A stretch of 64,000 bases of DNA, taken from NCBI RefSeq assembly GCF_009914755.1, contig NC_060927.1; one strand, 5' to 3'. This document shows positions 14,571 through 26,821 of this stretch, piece after piece (within the stretch, counting starts at the first letter, position 1; every line of letters begins with the position of its first letter). A program made the translations under genes and the position numbers. Under the pieces are notes generated by a model, which saw only the letters and a program-made list of their open reading frames with translations, ran no database searches and had not been told where the DNA came from. The stretch comes from the human T2T-CHM13v2.0 reference genome, Homo sapiens.

Positions 14571-16213
14571 GCTGCTGAACACAAACACAGGTACACGTGT
14601 ACACATAGCACCTATACTTTGAAGACAATTTAATTAGATAGTTAGGATTTTTTAAAAGAGTTTTAAACCTAGAAAAGATAGGCATATCATGACCAAGCGC
14701 TGACCGGTGGATGAACTATCTACTTGCAGGTTTACCTAATGATAATTTTGCTATTAAGATGATAAAGAGCAACATAAATAAGCCGTACAAAACCAGCTGA
14801 ACCCATTAGGTCTTGAACATAACCATGTTTCACAACAGTCACACCTTACAACTCCTTTGGTTGACTTTTTTTTTTCATCTGACATTTTTACCTGTCAACG
14901 AATAATGCTCACTCATTGCTGCCTCTGGCCCATTAATTTTGCTTGGATCTCTTTGAAATTTTGGACAACATGCTTCTCAGGTGATTGCAATATGAGTCAA
15001 GCAGAAAAAGAGGTTGTCAACAGTACTAGTGAGGTCCTAAGTCTTGGCAGTGGGTCTCCTGCAGAGCCTGGTGCTGTCACCGCATCAATCAGCCCTGGAG
15101 CATGCTGTTATTATCACAACCAGTCATTCCACACTGCAATCACAACAGGAGGAAGAAAGCCTTCTCTTCACAACTGACTGCAAGCAGCTTGATCCCTGTA
15201 ACCTTGAAAACTACAGGAATGTCACAGGTAGGAGTTTCCCTGTGACACATCTGCATCTCCTTTCTTCCCACTGCATTGACCCCTCCTTCACCCAAATCTT
15301 CATTCTTCTCAAATTGGAAGATAGTCATGAATGAGGCTGTGTGAGCACAAGAATCTGGCTACAAGCCAAAAGGACAAACTAAAGGTGTCACAGAGGTGAA
15401 AGAAAGGTAGAATTTTGGAATGCTGCAGAAGAAAAATCCAGAGGCAGAGGCTTCAATCTCTGGGGGAACCTGACATTGCTCTTTGTGAATGAAAACTGAT
15501 TGCTAACTTCAACTAGTGATTCTTAGCAGGGCCTATTTCTGGACAAAGTTTAAAAGAGTGTAAAGATTGTCATCTTTTTTGCCACTTGCATTCCTGCCCT
15601 TCTTTCCATTCTTTTACAAGGACCTTTTCCCTAAGTTCCCTAGTTACCCAACTGGCCCTTGATGCATGCTTATGTTGGAAAGAATCATCCAATATGTCAC
15701 ACAAATATTTAAGGGATTGCTATGGTTTACTGTGACGCTTTTTTCTGGAGAACTTGGATTTGAATGGAGGATAATATCTCAATTAAGAGAAATAAGGCTT
15801 GACTGGTGACTGTTTGCTCCTCTTGATCCAGACTCAATTGCGGCTTAGTCAGTCTAGAGCTAGAAGTCATTTCCTCATGTGTTGGTGAGAATAGCATGTG
15901 AACAAAGCTCATTTAAAGCTAATAACAATCAGAGCCATAGCTGCTAGTTATTTAGTACCTACTCCACTTACCAGATGCTTTTATCAGTTATTTCATTCAG
16001 TCATCACAATAACAATATTAAATAGATACTGTTATTTCCATTTTATTGGTAAGGAAATTGACAAGTAATTCTAAGCAACTAAGCATTAGAGCTAGTAAAG
16101 AGATAAGCTGGACTTTAAAAGACATGGAGCTCTCCATTATAGAACACCATCTCAAGAAGCGAAACTTCAGTAAAGTTCTAAAACTAAAATATTAATATTT
16201 ATACTGGATTTCT

Positions 16214-17622
16214 TTTCTTTATCACTTTTATTTTAGGTTCAGGGATACACATGCAGGTTTGTTATACAGATAAACTGTGTGTCACGGGGGTTTGGTGTAC
16301 AGATTATTTAATCACTCAGGTAATACACATAGTACCCAATAGGTATTTTTTTGATCCTCTCTCTCCTCCCATCTTTCACCCTCAAGTAGGCCCTGGTGTA
16401 TGTTGCTCCCCTCTATGTGTCCATGTGTTCTCGTTGTTTACCTCACACTTTTAAGTGAGAACATGCAGTATTTGATTTTCTGTTCCTGTGTTAGTTTACT
16501 TAGAATAATGGCCTCTAGCTCCATCCATGTGCTGCAAAGAACATGATTTTGTTCTTTTTTATGGCTGTGTAGTGTTCCATGGTGTTTGGTGTGTGTTTAC
16601 CATATTTTCACCATTGATGGGCATCTAGATTGAGTTCATGTCTTTGCTGTTGTGAAAAGTGCTGCAATGAACCAACACGTACACGTGTCTTTATGGTAGA
16701 ACAATTTATATTCCTTTTGGTTTATACCTACTAATGAGATTGCTGGGTCAAATGGTAGTTTCAAGTTCTATGAGCAATCTTCAAACTGCTTTCCACAATG
16801 GCTGAACTAATTTACATTCCCACCAGCAGTGTATAAGTGTTCCCTTGTCTCTGCAACCTTGTCAGCATCTGTTATTTTTTGACTTTTTAATAATAGCCAT
16901 TCTGACTAGTATGAGATGGTATCTCAATGTGGTTTTGCTTTGTATTTCTCTGATGATTAGTGTTGTGGAGCATTTTTTATATGCTTGTTGGCCACATGTA
17001 TGTCTACTTTTGAGAAGTGTCTGTTCATATCCTTTGCACATTGTTTTAGTGGGGCTGTTTCCTTTTTCACTTGTTAGTTTATTTAAGTTTCTTATAGATT
17101 CTTGATATTAGACTTTTGTCAGATGCATAGTTTGCAAATATTTTCTCCAATTCTATAGGTTGTGTGTTTGCTCTGTTGATATTTTTTTTTTGCTGAGGAG
17201 ATGCCATTTAGTTTAATTAGGTCCCATTGCTCAATTTTTGATTTTGTTGCAGTTGCTTTTGGAGTCTTCACATGTAATCCTTGCTAGGTCCTATGTCCAC
17301 AGTGGTGTTTCCTAGGTTATCTTCCAGGGTTTTTAGAGTCTGATGTTTTACATTTAAGTTTTTAATACATCTTGAGTTAATTTTTGTATATGCAGTTTCA
17401 ATCTTCTGCATAGAGCTAGCCAGTTATCCCAACATCATTTATTGAATAGGGAGTCCTTTCCCATTGCTTGTTTTTGTTGGCTTTATCAAAGATAAGATGA
17501 TTGTAGGTGTGTGGCATTATTTCTGGGCTTTCTATTCTGTTCCATTGGTCTCTGTGTCTGTTTTTGTACCAATACCATGCTGTGCTGATTACTGTAGCCT
17601 TATAATATAGCTTGATGTCAGG
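16214..17622 (-). mobile_element. 5'-truncated L1PA15-like LINE
   Basis: Antisense L1 3' UTR and ORF2 end. Perfect 13-bp TSD atactggatttct at 16201-16213 and 17623-17635. Confidence 0.92.
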
Positions 17623-17880
17623 ATACTGGATTTCTAATGTAGCAATATAATATAATTATGACACTGAAAAAGATTAGCAGAACATATTACCTGCTTTATC
17701 CACCTACCCCAAAGGAATACTGTGATGATTGAAGAAATTCTTCAAACACCTGAGCCTTCTTCTAAGAAGACCACCTATTAGAATACATCTCTGTTTCACT
17801 ATTTTTAAAAAAAAATTATATTCCTAGCCATGGGTAATAAAGAAAATGTCCATGCAGTCTAAAAAAAAGAAATACTGGCT

Positions 17881-19468
17881 AAGGTAATTTATAGATTCAA
17901 TGCCATCCCCATCGAGCTACCAAAGACTTTCTTCACAGAATTGGAAAAAACTACTTTAAAGTTCATATGGAACCAAAAAAGAGCCCATATTGCCAAGACA
18001 ATCCTAAGCAAAAAGAACAAAGCTGGAGGTATCATGCTACCTGACTTCAAACTACACTACAAGGCTACAATAACCAAAACAGCATGGTACTGCTGCCGAA
18101 ACAGAGATATAGACCAATGGAACAGAACAGAGCCCTCAGAAATAATACCACACATCTACAACCATCTGATCTTTGACAAACCTGACAAAAACCAGAAATG
18201 GGGAAGGATTCCCTATTTAATAAATGGTGCTGGGAAAACTGGCTAGCCATATGTAGAAAGCTGAAACTGGATCCCTTCCTTACACCTCATACAAAAATTA
18301 ATTCAAGGTGGATTAAAGACATAAATGTTAGACCTAAAACCATGAAAACCCCAGAAGAAAACCTAGGCAATACCATTCAGGGCATAGACATGGGAAAGGA
18401 CTTCATGACTAAAACACCAAAAGCAATGGCAACAAAAGCCAAAATAGACAAATGGGATCTAATTAAACTAAAGAGCTTCTGCACAGCAAAAGAAACTACC
18501 ATCAGAGTGAACAGGCAACCTACAGAGTGGGAGAAAATTTTTACAATCTACCCATCTGACAAAGGGCTAATATCCAGAATCTACAAAGAACTTAAACAAA
18601 TTTACAAGAAAAAATCAAACAACCCCATCAAAAAGTGGGTGAAGGATGTGAACAGACACTTCTCAAAAGAAGACATCTATGCAGCCAACAGACAAATGAA
18701 AAAATGCTCATCATCACTAGTCATCAGAGAAATGAAAATCAAAACCACAATGAGATACCATCTCACACCAGTTAGAATGGTGATCATTAAAAAGCTAGGA
18801 AACAACAGGTGCTGGAGAGGATGTGGAGAAATAGGAACACTTTCACACTGTTGGTGGGACTGTAAACTAGTTCAACCATTGTGGAAGACAGTGTGGCGAT
18901 TCCTCAAGGATCTAGAACTAGAAATACCATTTGACCCAGCCATCCCATACTGGGTATATACCCAAAGGATTATAAATCATGCTACTATAAAGACACATGC
19001 ACACGTATGTTTATTGCGGCACTATTCACAATAGCAAAGACTTGGAACCAACCCGAATGTCCATCAGTGATAGACTGGATTAAGAAAATGTGGCACGTAA
19101 ACACCATGGAATACTATGCATCCATAAGAAGGGATGAGTTCATATTCTTTGTAGGGACATGAATGAAGCTGGAAACCATCATTCTCAGCAAACTATCACA
19201 AGGACGGAAAACCAAACACCGCATGTTCTCACTCATAGGTTGGAACTAAACAATGAGAACACTTGGACACAGATGGGGAACAACACACACTGTGGCCTGT
19301 CATGGGGTTAGGGGAGGGGGGAGGGATAGCATTAAGAGATATACCTAATGTAAATGACGAGTTAATGGGTGCAGCACACCAACATGGCACATGTATACAT
19401 ATGTAACAAACCTGCACATTATGTACGTGTACCCTGGAACTTAAAGTATAATTTTTAAAAAAAGAAAA
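17881..19468 (+). mobile_element. 5'-truncated younger L1PA (about L1PA4-6) with ORF2 C-terminal remnant
   Basis: ORFs 17941-18246 and 18198-19034 translate as the L1 ORF2 C-terminus, including the Cys-rich [18 protein letters not shown], and are split by a frameshift. The G-rich 3' UTR aaatgacgagttaatgggtgcagcacaccaacatggc and an A-tail follow. Confidence 0.95.
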
Positions 19469-19479
19469 AGCAATATTGT

Positions 19480-21217
19480 AGATATAACTAGGTAAGAATT
19501 TACCCACAGATTCAAAAAAGTTTATGAACCCATATAGGATAAATACAAACAGAACTATAGCTGGGCAACCAAAGACCAAGAGAAATCTTAAAGGTGGCCA
19601 GAGAAAAGAAGATATTATTTTTAGAGAAGCTACCAAAAAGACTGAAAGCTGAGTTTTTAAGAAAAACAATAAAAGTCAAAGCTGGAAGGAAAATGACTGC
19701 CAACATGGAATTTTATTACTGGTGCAAATAATCTTCTAGAAAGAAGGTAAAATAAAAATGATTTCAGACAAACAAAACATAAGAGAATTCATAGTAAGTC
19801 CAAACTAAAAGAAATACCAAATTAAGTTCTTTTGGCAAAATAAAAATTATTTCAGATGGAAGTATGGTAATGCAAGAAGGAATGAGAAGCACTGGAAAAT
19901 GGTAAACATGCTGCTGATACTAAATAAAACTTGATTACTTGGTTGTTTAAAAAAAAAAAGAAGAAGAAATAATATACATAATATTTTTTGACTAAAATGC
20001 AAAAATTAACAACATAATCAAAAACCAAAAAGGACCTTTCACCTAGAAATTAAAATACATGTTATTAAATAACACTTGGGTCAAGAATATTATATTGAGG
20101 AGAAAACCGGACTCCAAAAGTATATACCATACGATTTTATTTATATAAAGTTAGCAAGCAAAAAATCCATTGTAATAAAGGTTAGAATAAAGACCAGGCA
20201 CAGTGGCTCACACCTGTAATGCCTGCATTTTGGGAGGCCAAGGTGGGCAGATCACTTGCGGTCAGGAATTCAAGACCAGCCTGGCCAACATGGTGAAACC
20301 CCATCTCTACAAAAAATACAAAAAAATTAGCCAGGCATGGCACACACCTGTAACCCCAGCTACTCAGGAGGCTGAGGCCTGGTAATCGCTTGAACCTGGG
20401 AGGCAGAGGTTGCAGTGAGCCGAGATTCCATCATTACACTCCAGCCTGGATGACAAAGCAAGACTCCATCTAAAAAAAAAAAAAAAAAAAAAAATTAGAA
20501 TACTGGTTACCTTTGAATATTGACTGCAAGTGGGCACAAATAAACTTTCTGGTGTGTAAAATAGTCTAAATCTTGATCTGAATGATGTTTGCCCAGATCT
20601 GAAAACTTATCTAGCTGTACACTGAAAATCTGTGCATTTTAATATATATAAATTTTACCTCAGTTTAAGTAAATCAACTGAAGTAATTCATTACACTAAA
20701 AATTAGAAGAAAAATTATATTATCACTTCATAGCTACAGAAAAAGAATTTAATAAAATTCATGATCTGTTTATTTAAAAAAATCTAGGAATAAGAGGAAA
20801 CCTCCTTAATCTGATATAGGGTGTCATAAAACAAAAAACCATACTACTCTGAACTGAATACTTAACATTGAAGTATAAAAACTTTCCTCTAAGATCAAAA
20901 ATAAAGCAAAGATGCTTGTTATCTCAACTTCTATTCAATATCATACTGGAGGTCCTAGACAGAGCAATAGAGCACTGTCCTTATTGGCAAGTGAATGATT
21001 GTGCATGAAAAAAAACAAAATAATTTAGAGATAAATTATTATATTTAATAAGTGCATTTAGCAAGATCTCAATACCCAATTTACAAAAATTAACTGTATT
21101 TTATATGTAAATAGAACTATTAGAGAACTAAATTTTAAAATAGCATTTACAAAAACTTTAAATACCTTGGAATAAATCTAGTAAAATCTAATACGCACAA
21201 AACTTCAGAGAACTCTA
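19480..21217 (+). mobile_element. Mosaic of old L1M fragments (ORF1-like, L1ME 3' end, ORF2)
   Basis: agaaatcttaaaggtggccagagaaaag and atttcagacaaacaaaac are ORF1-like. An L1ME 3' end at ~20100-20670 hosts the Alu, and ORF2 motifs follow (ctattcaatatcatactggaggtcctag). Confidence 0.7.
20192..20494 (+). mobile_element. AluS (Sx/Sz-like)
   Basis: Full-length dimer with A-tail. The repeat ttagaata flanks both sides. Confidence 0.9.
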
Positions 21218-22559
21218 TTTTTTATTTTTTAAAAAATAATTTCAACTTTTCTTTTAGATTTAAGTGGTACATACAGAGGTTTGTTACCTAGGTATGTTGT
21301 GTGATGCTGGCACTAAGGGTATGATGGATGCCTTCTCTCAGGTACTGAGCATAGTACCCAATAGGCAGTTTCTCAATCCTTCCTCCCCTGCTTTCCTCCC
21401 CACTCTGGTAGTCCCCAGTTTCTGTAGCCACAATCTTTTATGACCAGGCGTACCCAGTGTTTAGCTTCCATTTGTAAGTGCGAACATGCAGTGTTTGGTT
21501 TTCTGTTCCTGCATTAATTCACTTAGGATGATGGCCTCCAGCTAAATCCATGTTGCTGCAAAGGAACAGGTTTGGGTTTTTTTTTACAGCTGTGTAGCAT
21601 TCCATGGTGTATATGTACCACATTTTCTTTATCTAATCCATGATTGATAGGCACCTAGGTTGATTCCATGTCTTTGCTACTGTGAGTAGTGCTGTGATGA
21701 ACATGCAAGTGCCTGTCTTTTTGGTAGAACAATTTATTTTCTTTTGGATATATACCCAGTAATGGGATTGCTGGGTTGAAAAGTAGTTTCATTTTAAATT
21801 CTTTAAGAAATGTGTAAGCTGCTTTTCACAATAGCTGAGCTAATTTACATTCCCACTAACAGTGCATAAGTGTCCCCTTTTCTCCATAGCCTTGCCAGCC
21901 TCTGTTGTTTTTTAACTTTTTAATAGTAGCCATGCTGATTGGTATGAGATGGCATCTCATTGTGGTTTGGATTTAAATTTCTCGGATGATTAGTGATGTG
22001 GAGCATTTTTTCATGTTTGTTGGCCGTTTGTATGGCTTATTTTGAGAAGTATCTGTTCATGTCCTTTGCCTATTTTTTAATGGGGTTATGTGTTTTTTGC
22101 TTGTTGAATTGTTCAAGTTCCTTATAGATTCTGGATATTAAACCTTTGTCAGATGCATAGTTTGCAAACATTCTCTCCCATTCTGTAGGTTTCCTGTTGG
22201 TAGTTTATTTTGCTGTGCAGAAGCTCTTTAGTTTAATTTGGTCCCACTTGTCAATCTGGGTTTTGTGCAATTGCTTTTGAGGACTTAATCATATATTCTT
22301 TTCCAAGGCTCGTGCCCAGAATGGTGTTTTCTAAGCTCTCTTCCAGAAGTCTACCAGTTACATTTAAATCTTTAATCCATCTTGAGTTAATTTTTGTATA
22401 TCTTGAAATGTAGGGGCCCAGTTTCATTCTTCTGCATATGGCTAGCCAGCTATCCCAGCACCATTTATTGAATAAGGAGTCTTTTCCCCATTGTTTATTT
22501 TTTTCAACTTTGTCAAAGATCAGATGGCTGTAGGTGTGTGCCTTTATTTATGGATTCTT
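21218..22559 (-). mobile_element. 5'-truncated L1PA16-like LINE
   Basis: Antisense 3' UTR (ggtatgttgtgtgatgctg...gagcatagtacccaatagg) and ORF2 end. Candidate TSD agaactcta (21209-21217) / agaacacta (22560-22568). Confidence 0.9.
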
Positions 22560-22569
22560 AGAACACTAG

Positions 22570-24320
22570 GTATTGTAAACATATTAGTTCTTCCCCAAAT
22601 CAATTGCTAGATCCAATGCAACTACAATAAAAATCCCAGCAAAGATTTTTTGGGGGATTGAGGGAAATTGACAAGCTTTTAAAATTAATTTTTGAAATGC
22701 AATCAACAGGGCCAGGCACAGTGACTCATGACTGTAATCCCAGCACTTTGGGAGGCCAAGGCAGAAGGATTGCCTGAGCCCAGGTGTTTGTGGCTGCAGT
22801 GAGCTATGATTGCACAACTACCCTCTAGCCTGTGTGGCACAACAAGACCCTGTTCCTAAAAAAAAGAAGAAAAAAATTGCAAAGAACCAAGAATAGAAAA
22901 AATAGTTTTGAAGAATACATTTGGAGACTCTACACTACTGAATACCGTGCTTTATTAATTAAGACAAGGTGGCACTGGTGTAAGCTTAGGCAAATGGACC
23001 AGTGAAGCAGAAGAGGCAGTACTGAAATAGATTCTGACATACACACATGATTTATGACAGAGGTGGCATTGCAGAATTGTTGGTAAAAGAGAATTGTCAA
23101 CACATAATGGTGGATCAATTAACTACCCATACAGAAAAGAATTAATCTTGATTCCCACATGTGTCATGTAAAGAATGAACTCTAGATGTTTAGCAGATCT
23201 GAAAGGGAAATTTAGAATATGACATACGAGAACACCTCATGATCTTGTCATAGGCAAAGATTGATCAAACAGGAAAATAAAAGCAATAACCATAAAGGAA
23301 AAAATTATAAATTGGATTATATAAAAATTAAGAACTCCTGCTCATCAAAAGATTCATTTAGAGAGTTAAAAGGCAAGATACAGAGCAGGAGTCCGTATTT
23401 GCAATACTTACATTTGACAAAGGGTCAGAACATGTAAAAAATTTCTTTAATATAAAGAACATGTAAAGAATTCCTTTCCTTTTAATAAGACAGACAATCC
23501 AATAAAAACATGGGCAAAGGACTTGAACAGACATTTCACAAAAGATAAACTCTAAACAGATAATAAAACATTAAAAAATGCTCATTCATCATCAGGAAAG
23601 TGCAAATCTAAAACTACAATAATTAAATTTAAGAAGATTGATAATACTAAGTTTATGTGGAGCAATAGAAACTCTGATACACTGTTTGGGGGACCATAAA
23701 TTGGAACCATCACTTTGAAAAACAATTTGGAAGTATTTACCAAAGCTGAACACATGACATGATACATTGCCCAGCAAATCATCTTATGGGTATATGCCAC
23801 ACAGAAATGTGTATATATGTACCAGAAAATATGTATAAGAATGTTCATAGTAGGATTATTCCTAATTGTCACTAACTGGAAACAATCTATATGTTAATCA
23901 ACAGATCAGATATTAAATTTTGGTATATTAATAAATGGAATTTCATTCAGCAATGAAAATGAATAAACTTCTTACATGCTGCAATATGGAAGAATCTTAC
24001 AAGTGTAAGGTTAAGTGAAAGAAAGTAGACACAAAAGAGAAGCAAAACTATAATTTCACTTATATAGAGTTGGCACACAGGTGAAATAAATCTGTAGTTT
24101 TGAAGGTCAGATAGTGGTACCCTCTGGGGAGTACAGAAGCCATAGTGACTGTGAGGGAACAGAGTAGGGTTTCTTGATGTTCTATTTCCATTGGATGCTC
24201 TATTTCTTGATATGTTAGGGGTTACACAGGTATGTTCACTTTGTGAAAATTCACTGATATGTATACTTAATGATTTATTCTCTTTTAGTGTATTATACTT
24301 CAGTGGAAAAAGTATCAAAA
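22570..24320 (+). mobile_element. Old L1ME-type ORF2 3' part and 3' end (probable continuation of the element split at 21218)
   Basis: ttcttccccaaatcaatt...agatccaatgcaac, gggcaaaggacttgaacagacatttcacaaa, and an L1ME 3' end (ggggttacacaggtatgttcactttgtgaaaattcac). Confidence 0.8.
22710..22876 (+). mobile_element. Alu monomer (FRAM-like or collapsed AluJ)
   Basis: Single ~150-bp arm: ggccaggcacagtg...ggctgcagtgagctatgattgcac...agaccctgt plus A-tail. Confidence 0.85.
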
Positions 24321-25732
24321 AGGAAAAAAGTTGAGGCAGTATGAATCTGCAAAATTAATAAGTGGGAAATAGTTACCAAAATGAAGGAAACTTTTTTAAA
24401 AATGGGACTACTTTGCACAATTTAATACAAATAACTTTGAAAAGCTAGATAAAATAGGTTATTTTCTAGAAAAATACAACTTACCCTAATAGAAACAGAA
24501 AATCTAAACATCCTAATTACTGAGAAAGGAAGAAAGAAAAGAAAGAAAGAGAAATGGTACAACTGTATGCATGAAAAATGCAGAAGAACAAATGAGAAAG
24601 CTGTTTGGAACAATGGCGGAATTTAGTACAGTAGCAGTTTACAAATTCATCATGCAAAAATCAATAGCCTTCATTGGTACAAACACAACAGCTAAAATAT
24701 GTAATAAAAGACATCTTATAGGATGACCAAAAAGAAAAATAAATACCCAGAAGTAAACTTGACTAGAAAATGTCTCAAATTCATGTGAGAAAAACTACAA
24801 AACATCGCCAAAAAATAAAAAAAAATAGAGACGAACAAATGGAAAGACATACTGTGCTTTTAGATTATAAAGCTGAATATTCTGAAGATGTCAATTGTCG
24901 TTCAGTACAATATTTAAATGCAATGTGATCTCAATAAAATACCATCATGCTTTTTTTCAGGAGCTGAACAAAATGATTATAAATATTATTTGGAAGAACA
25001 ATAGCCTCTAGGCTATTGTCCTGAAAAAGAAGAACAATGGGGTCGGAGATAGGGGAAGAGTAGTCTGTCCTTATTAAATATTAAAATATAGTTAAAGCTT
25101 CTATAAGTAAACCACTATGGTAGGAATAGACTGACCAGTGAATAGAGCAGAAAATCCAGAAATAAATCCAATGCATTCGGAAATGTACATGAAAAAGGCA
25201 GCATATCAGATCAATGGGAAAAAGATGTACTTTCTAATAAGTATTGGGATAAGTAGACAGCCACATGGAAAAAGATAGCATTGGATCCATTCTTCATACC
25301 ACATTCAAAAGTAAATTCAAATGTAGCAGAATTAAATGTTAAACCCTAATGAAACCACAAGTCCTAGAAATAAGATTTGAAAAAACATAGGATAACTTCT
25401 CTTTAATTTGGGAAGAAGGCTACTTTCCAAACTGTGATTTGACTAGAAGAAAAAAGGGAAAAAGTGATACATTTAATAATACATAATTTTAAAAAATTGA
25501 ATACAAAATAAACATGATAAGCAAAGTAAAAAGTCTAACAGCAAACTGAATAAAATAGTTGCAACTTGTGTCACAAAGAGTTAGTAATTAAATATATAAA
25601 ATGCTTCTAAAAACTGAGAAGTCAAAGGCACAAAATCCTATAGAAAAATGGGATAGAGACAAAAGCAAACATTTTAGTCAAAAAGAAACATAGCCAGGTG
25701 CAGTGGCTCAAACCAGATTCTAGTGACTGGTG

Positions 25733-26019
25733 AGGGTCTCACTCTGTCTACCCAGAGCCAGGCTGGAGTGCAGTGGTGCAATCATAGCTTACTGTAACCT
25801 CGAACTCCTAGGCTCAAGTGATTCTTCCACCTAAGCCTCCTTAGTAGTTAGGACTACAGGTGTGAGCCACTACACCCAGTTAATTTTTAAGAAATTTTTT
25901 TTTGTAGAGACAGAATCTCACTATGTCATCCAGGCTGATCTTGAACTCCTGGCCTCAAGCAATCCTTCCAACTCACTTCCCAAAGCTCTGGGATTACAGG
26001 TATGAACCACCTTGCTTGG
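25733..26019 (-). mobile_element. AluJ lacking its A-tail, preceded by a 23-bp sense Alu 5' stub (25692-25714)
   Basis: Antisense AluJ body (ggctcaagtgattcttccacc, ggcctcaagcaatcc) with no poly-T. The stub reads agccaggtgcagtggctcaaacc. Confidence 0.85.
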
Positions 26020-26350
26020 AGATTGGCAGTAAATGTTCTAATACATTTACTCTTTGATATAAAAATGCTACTTATAAAACTCTATCACAAATATGCACTA
26101 GCAAAATATAAAGACATTCAAACACATCAAATTCACAAAACCATTCATTAAAATGGTTTGAAAAGAAATTTGTAAATGCAAAATACTGTAAACAACCCAG
26201 ATCACTAGGGAAAAGGGAAATAAGTTTTGGCACATCCACAGACTGGCATATTAAAGAGGAATATGGAGTATCTCTACACACTACTATAGAATGATGTCTA
26301 GTGCATAATGCTAGGCAAAAAAGGCAAGTTGGGGAAGTGTATAGTAATAT

Positions 26351-26352
<2 letters not shown>

Positions 26353-26386
<34 letters not shown>
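26353..26386. repeat. (GT)17 microsatellite
   Basis: Perfect dinucleotide run counted directly. Confidence 0.98.
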
Positions 26387-26389
<3 letters not shown>

Positions 26390-26489
26390 ATTAACTACTT
26401 ACCTAGTTTGGTGGCATAACCACACAGAATGGAAATGTCCCAAGTAACTTTAAAATGCAGCATTTTGAATACTTACCCCTAGTGGAATA

Positions 26490-26821
26490 CTAAGCCCTCC
26501 TTGTTTGTGGTTTCTGTATCTATACAGTCAACAAAACACAGATCAAAAATACTCAAAAAAAAAATTGTCTGTACTGAACAGGTACAGACTTATTTTTCTT
26601 GTCATTATTCCCTAAACAATACAGTGGTACAACTGATTACACATCATGTACATCATATTAGGTATTATAAATAATCTAGAGATGATTTAAAGTATATGGG
26701 AGGATGTATATAGGTTATATAAATACCAGGCCATTTTATATAGAAGATTTGAGCATCCTCAGATTTTAGTATTCCATGGAGGTCCTGGAATTGGTTCCCC
26801 AGAAATGCTAAGAGACAACTA
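26490..26821 (-). mobile_element. MER2 (TcMar-Tigger non-autonomous DNA transposon)
   Basis: cttgtcattattccctaaacaatacag...ataatctagagatgatttaaagtatatgggaggatgt...ggtcctggaa is characteristic of MER2. Confidence 0.85.

Noticed and set aside
18198-19034. 278-aa ORF, the longest in the window
   Set aside because: It is the C-terminus of L1 ORF2 in a 5'-truncated, frameshifted copy with no promoter, endonuclease or RT domain. It is not a host gene.
19304-19325. G-quadruplex-like G-runs
   Set aside because: This is the standard polypurine tract of the L1PA 3' UTR.
16214-19468. Head-to-head L1 pair resembling a twin-priming 5' inversion
   Set aside because: Each part has its own 3' UTR and tail, they belong to different-aged subfamilies, and the minus copy has its own 13-bp TSD.
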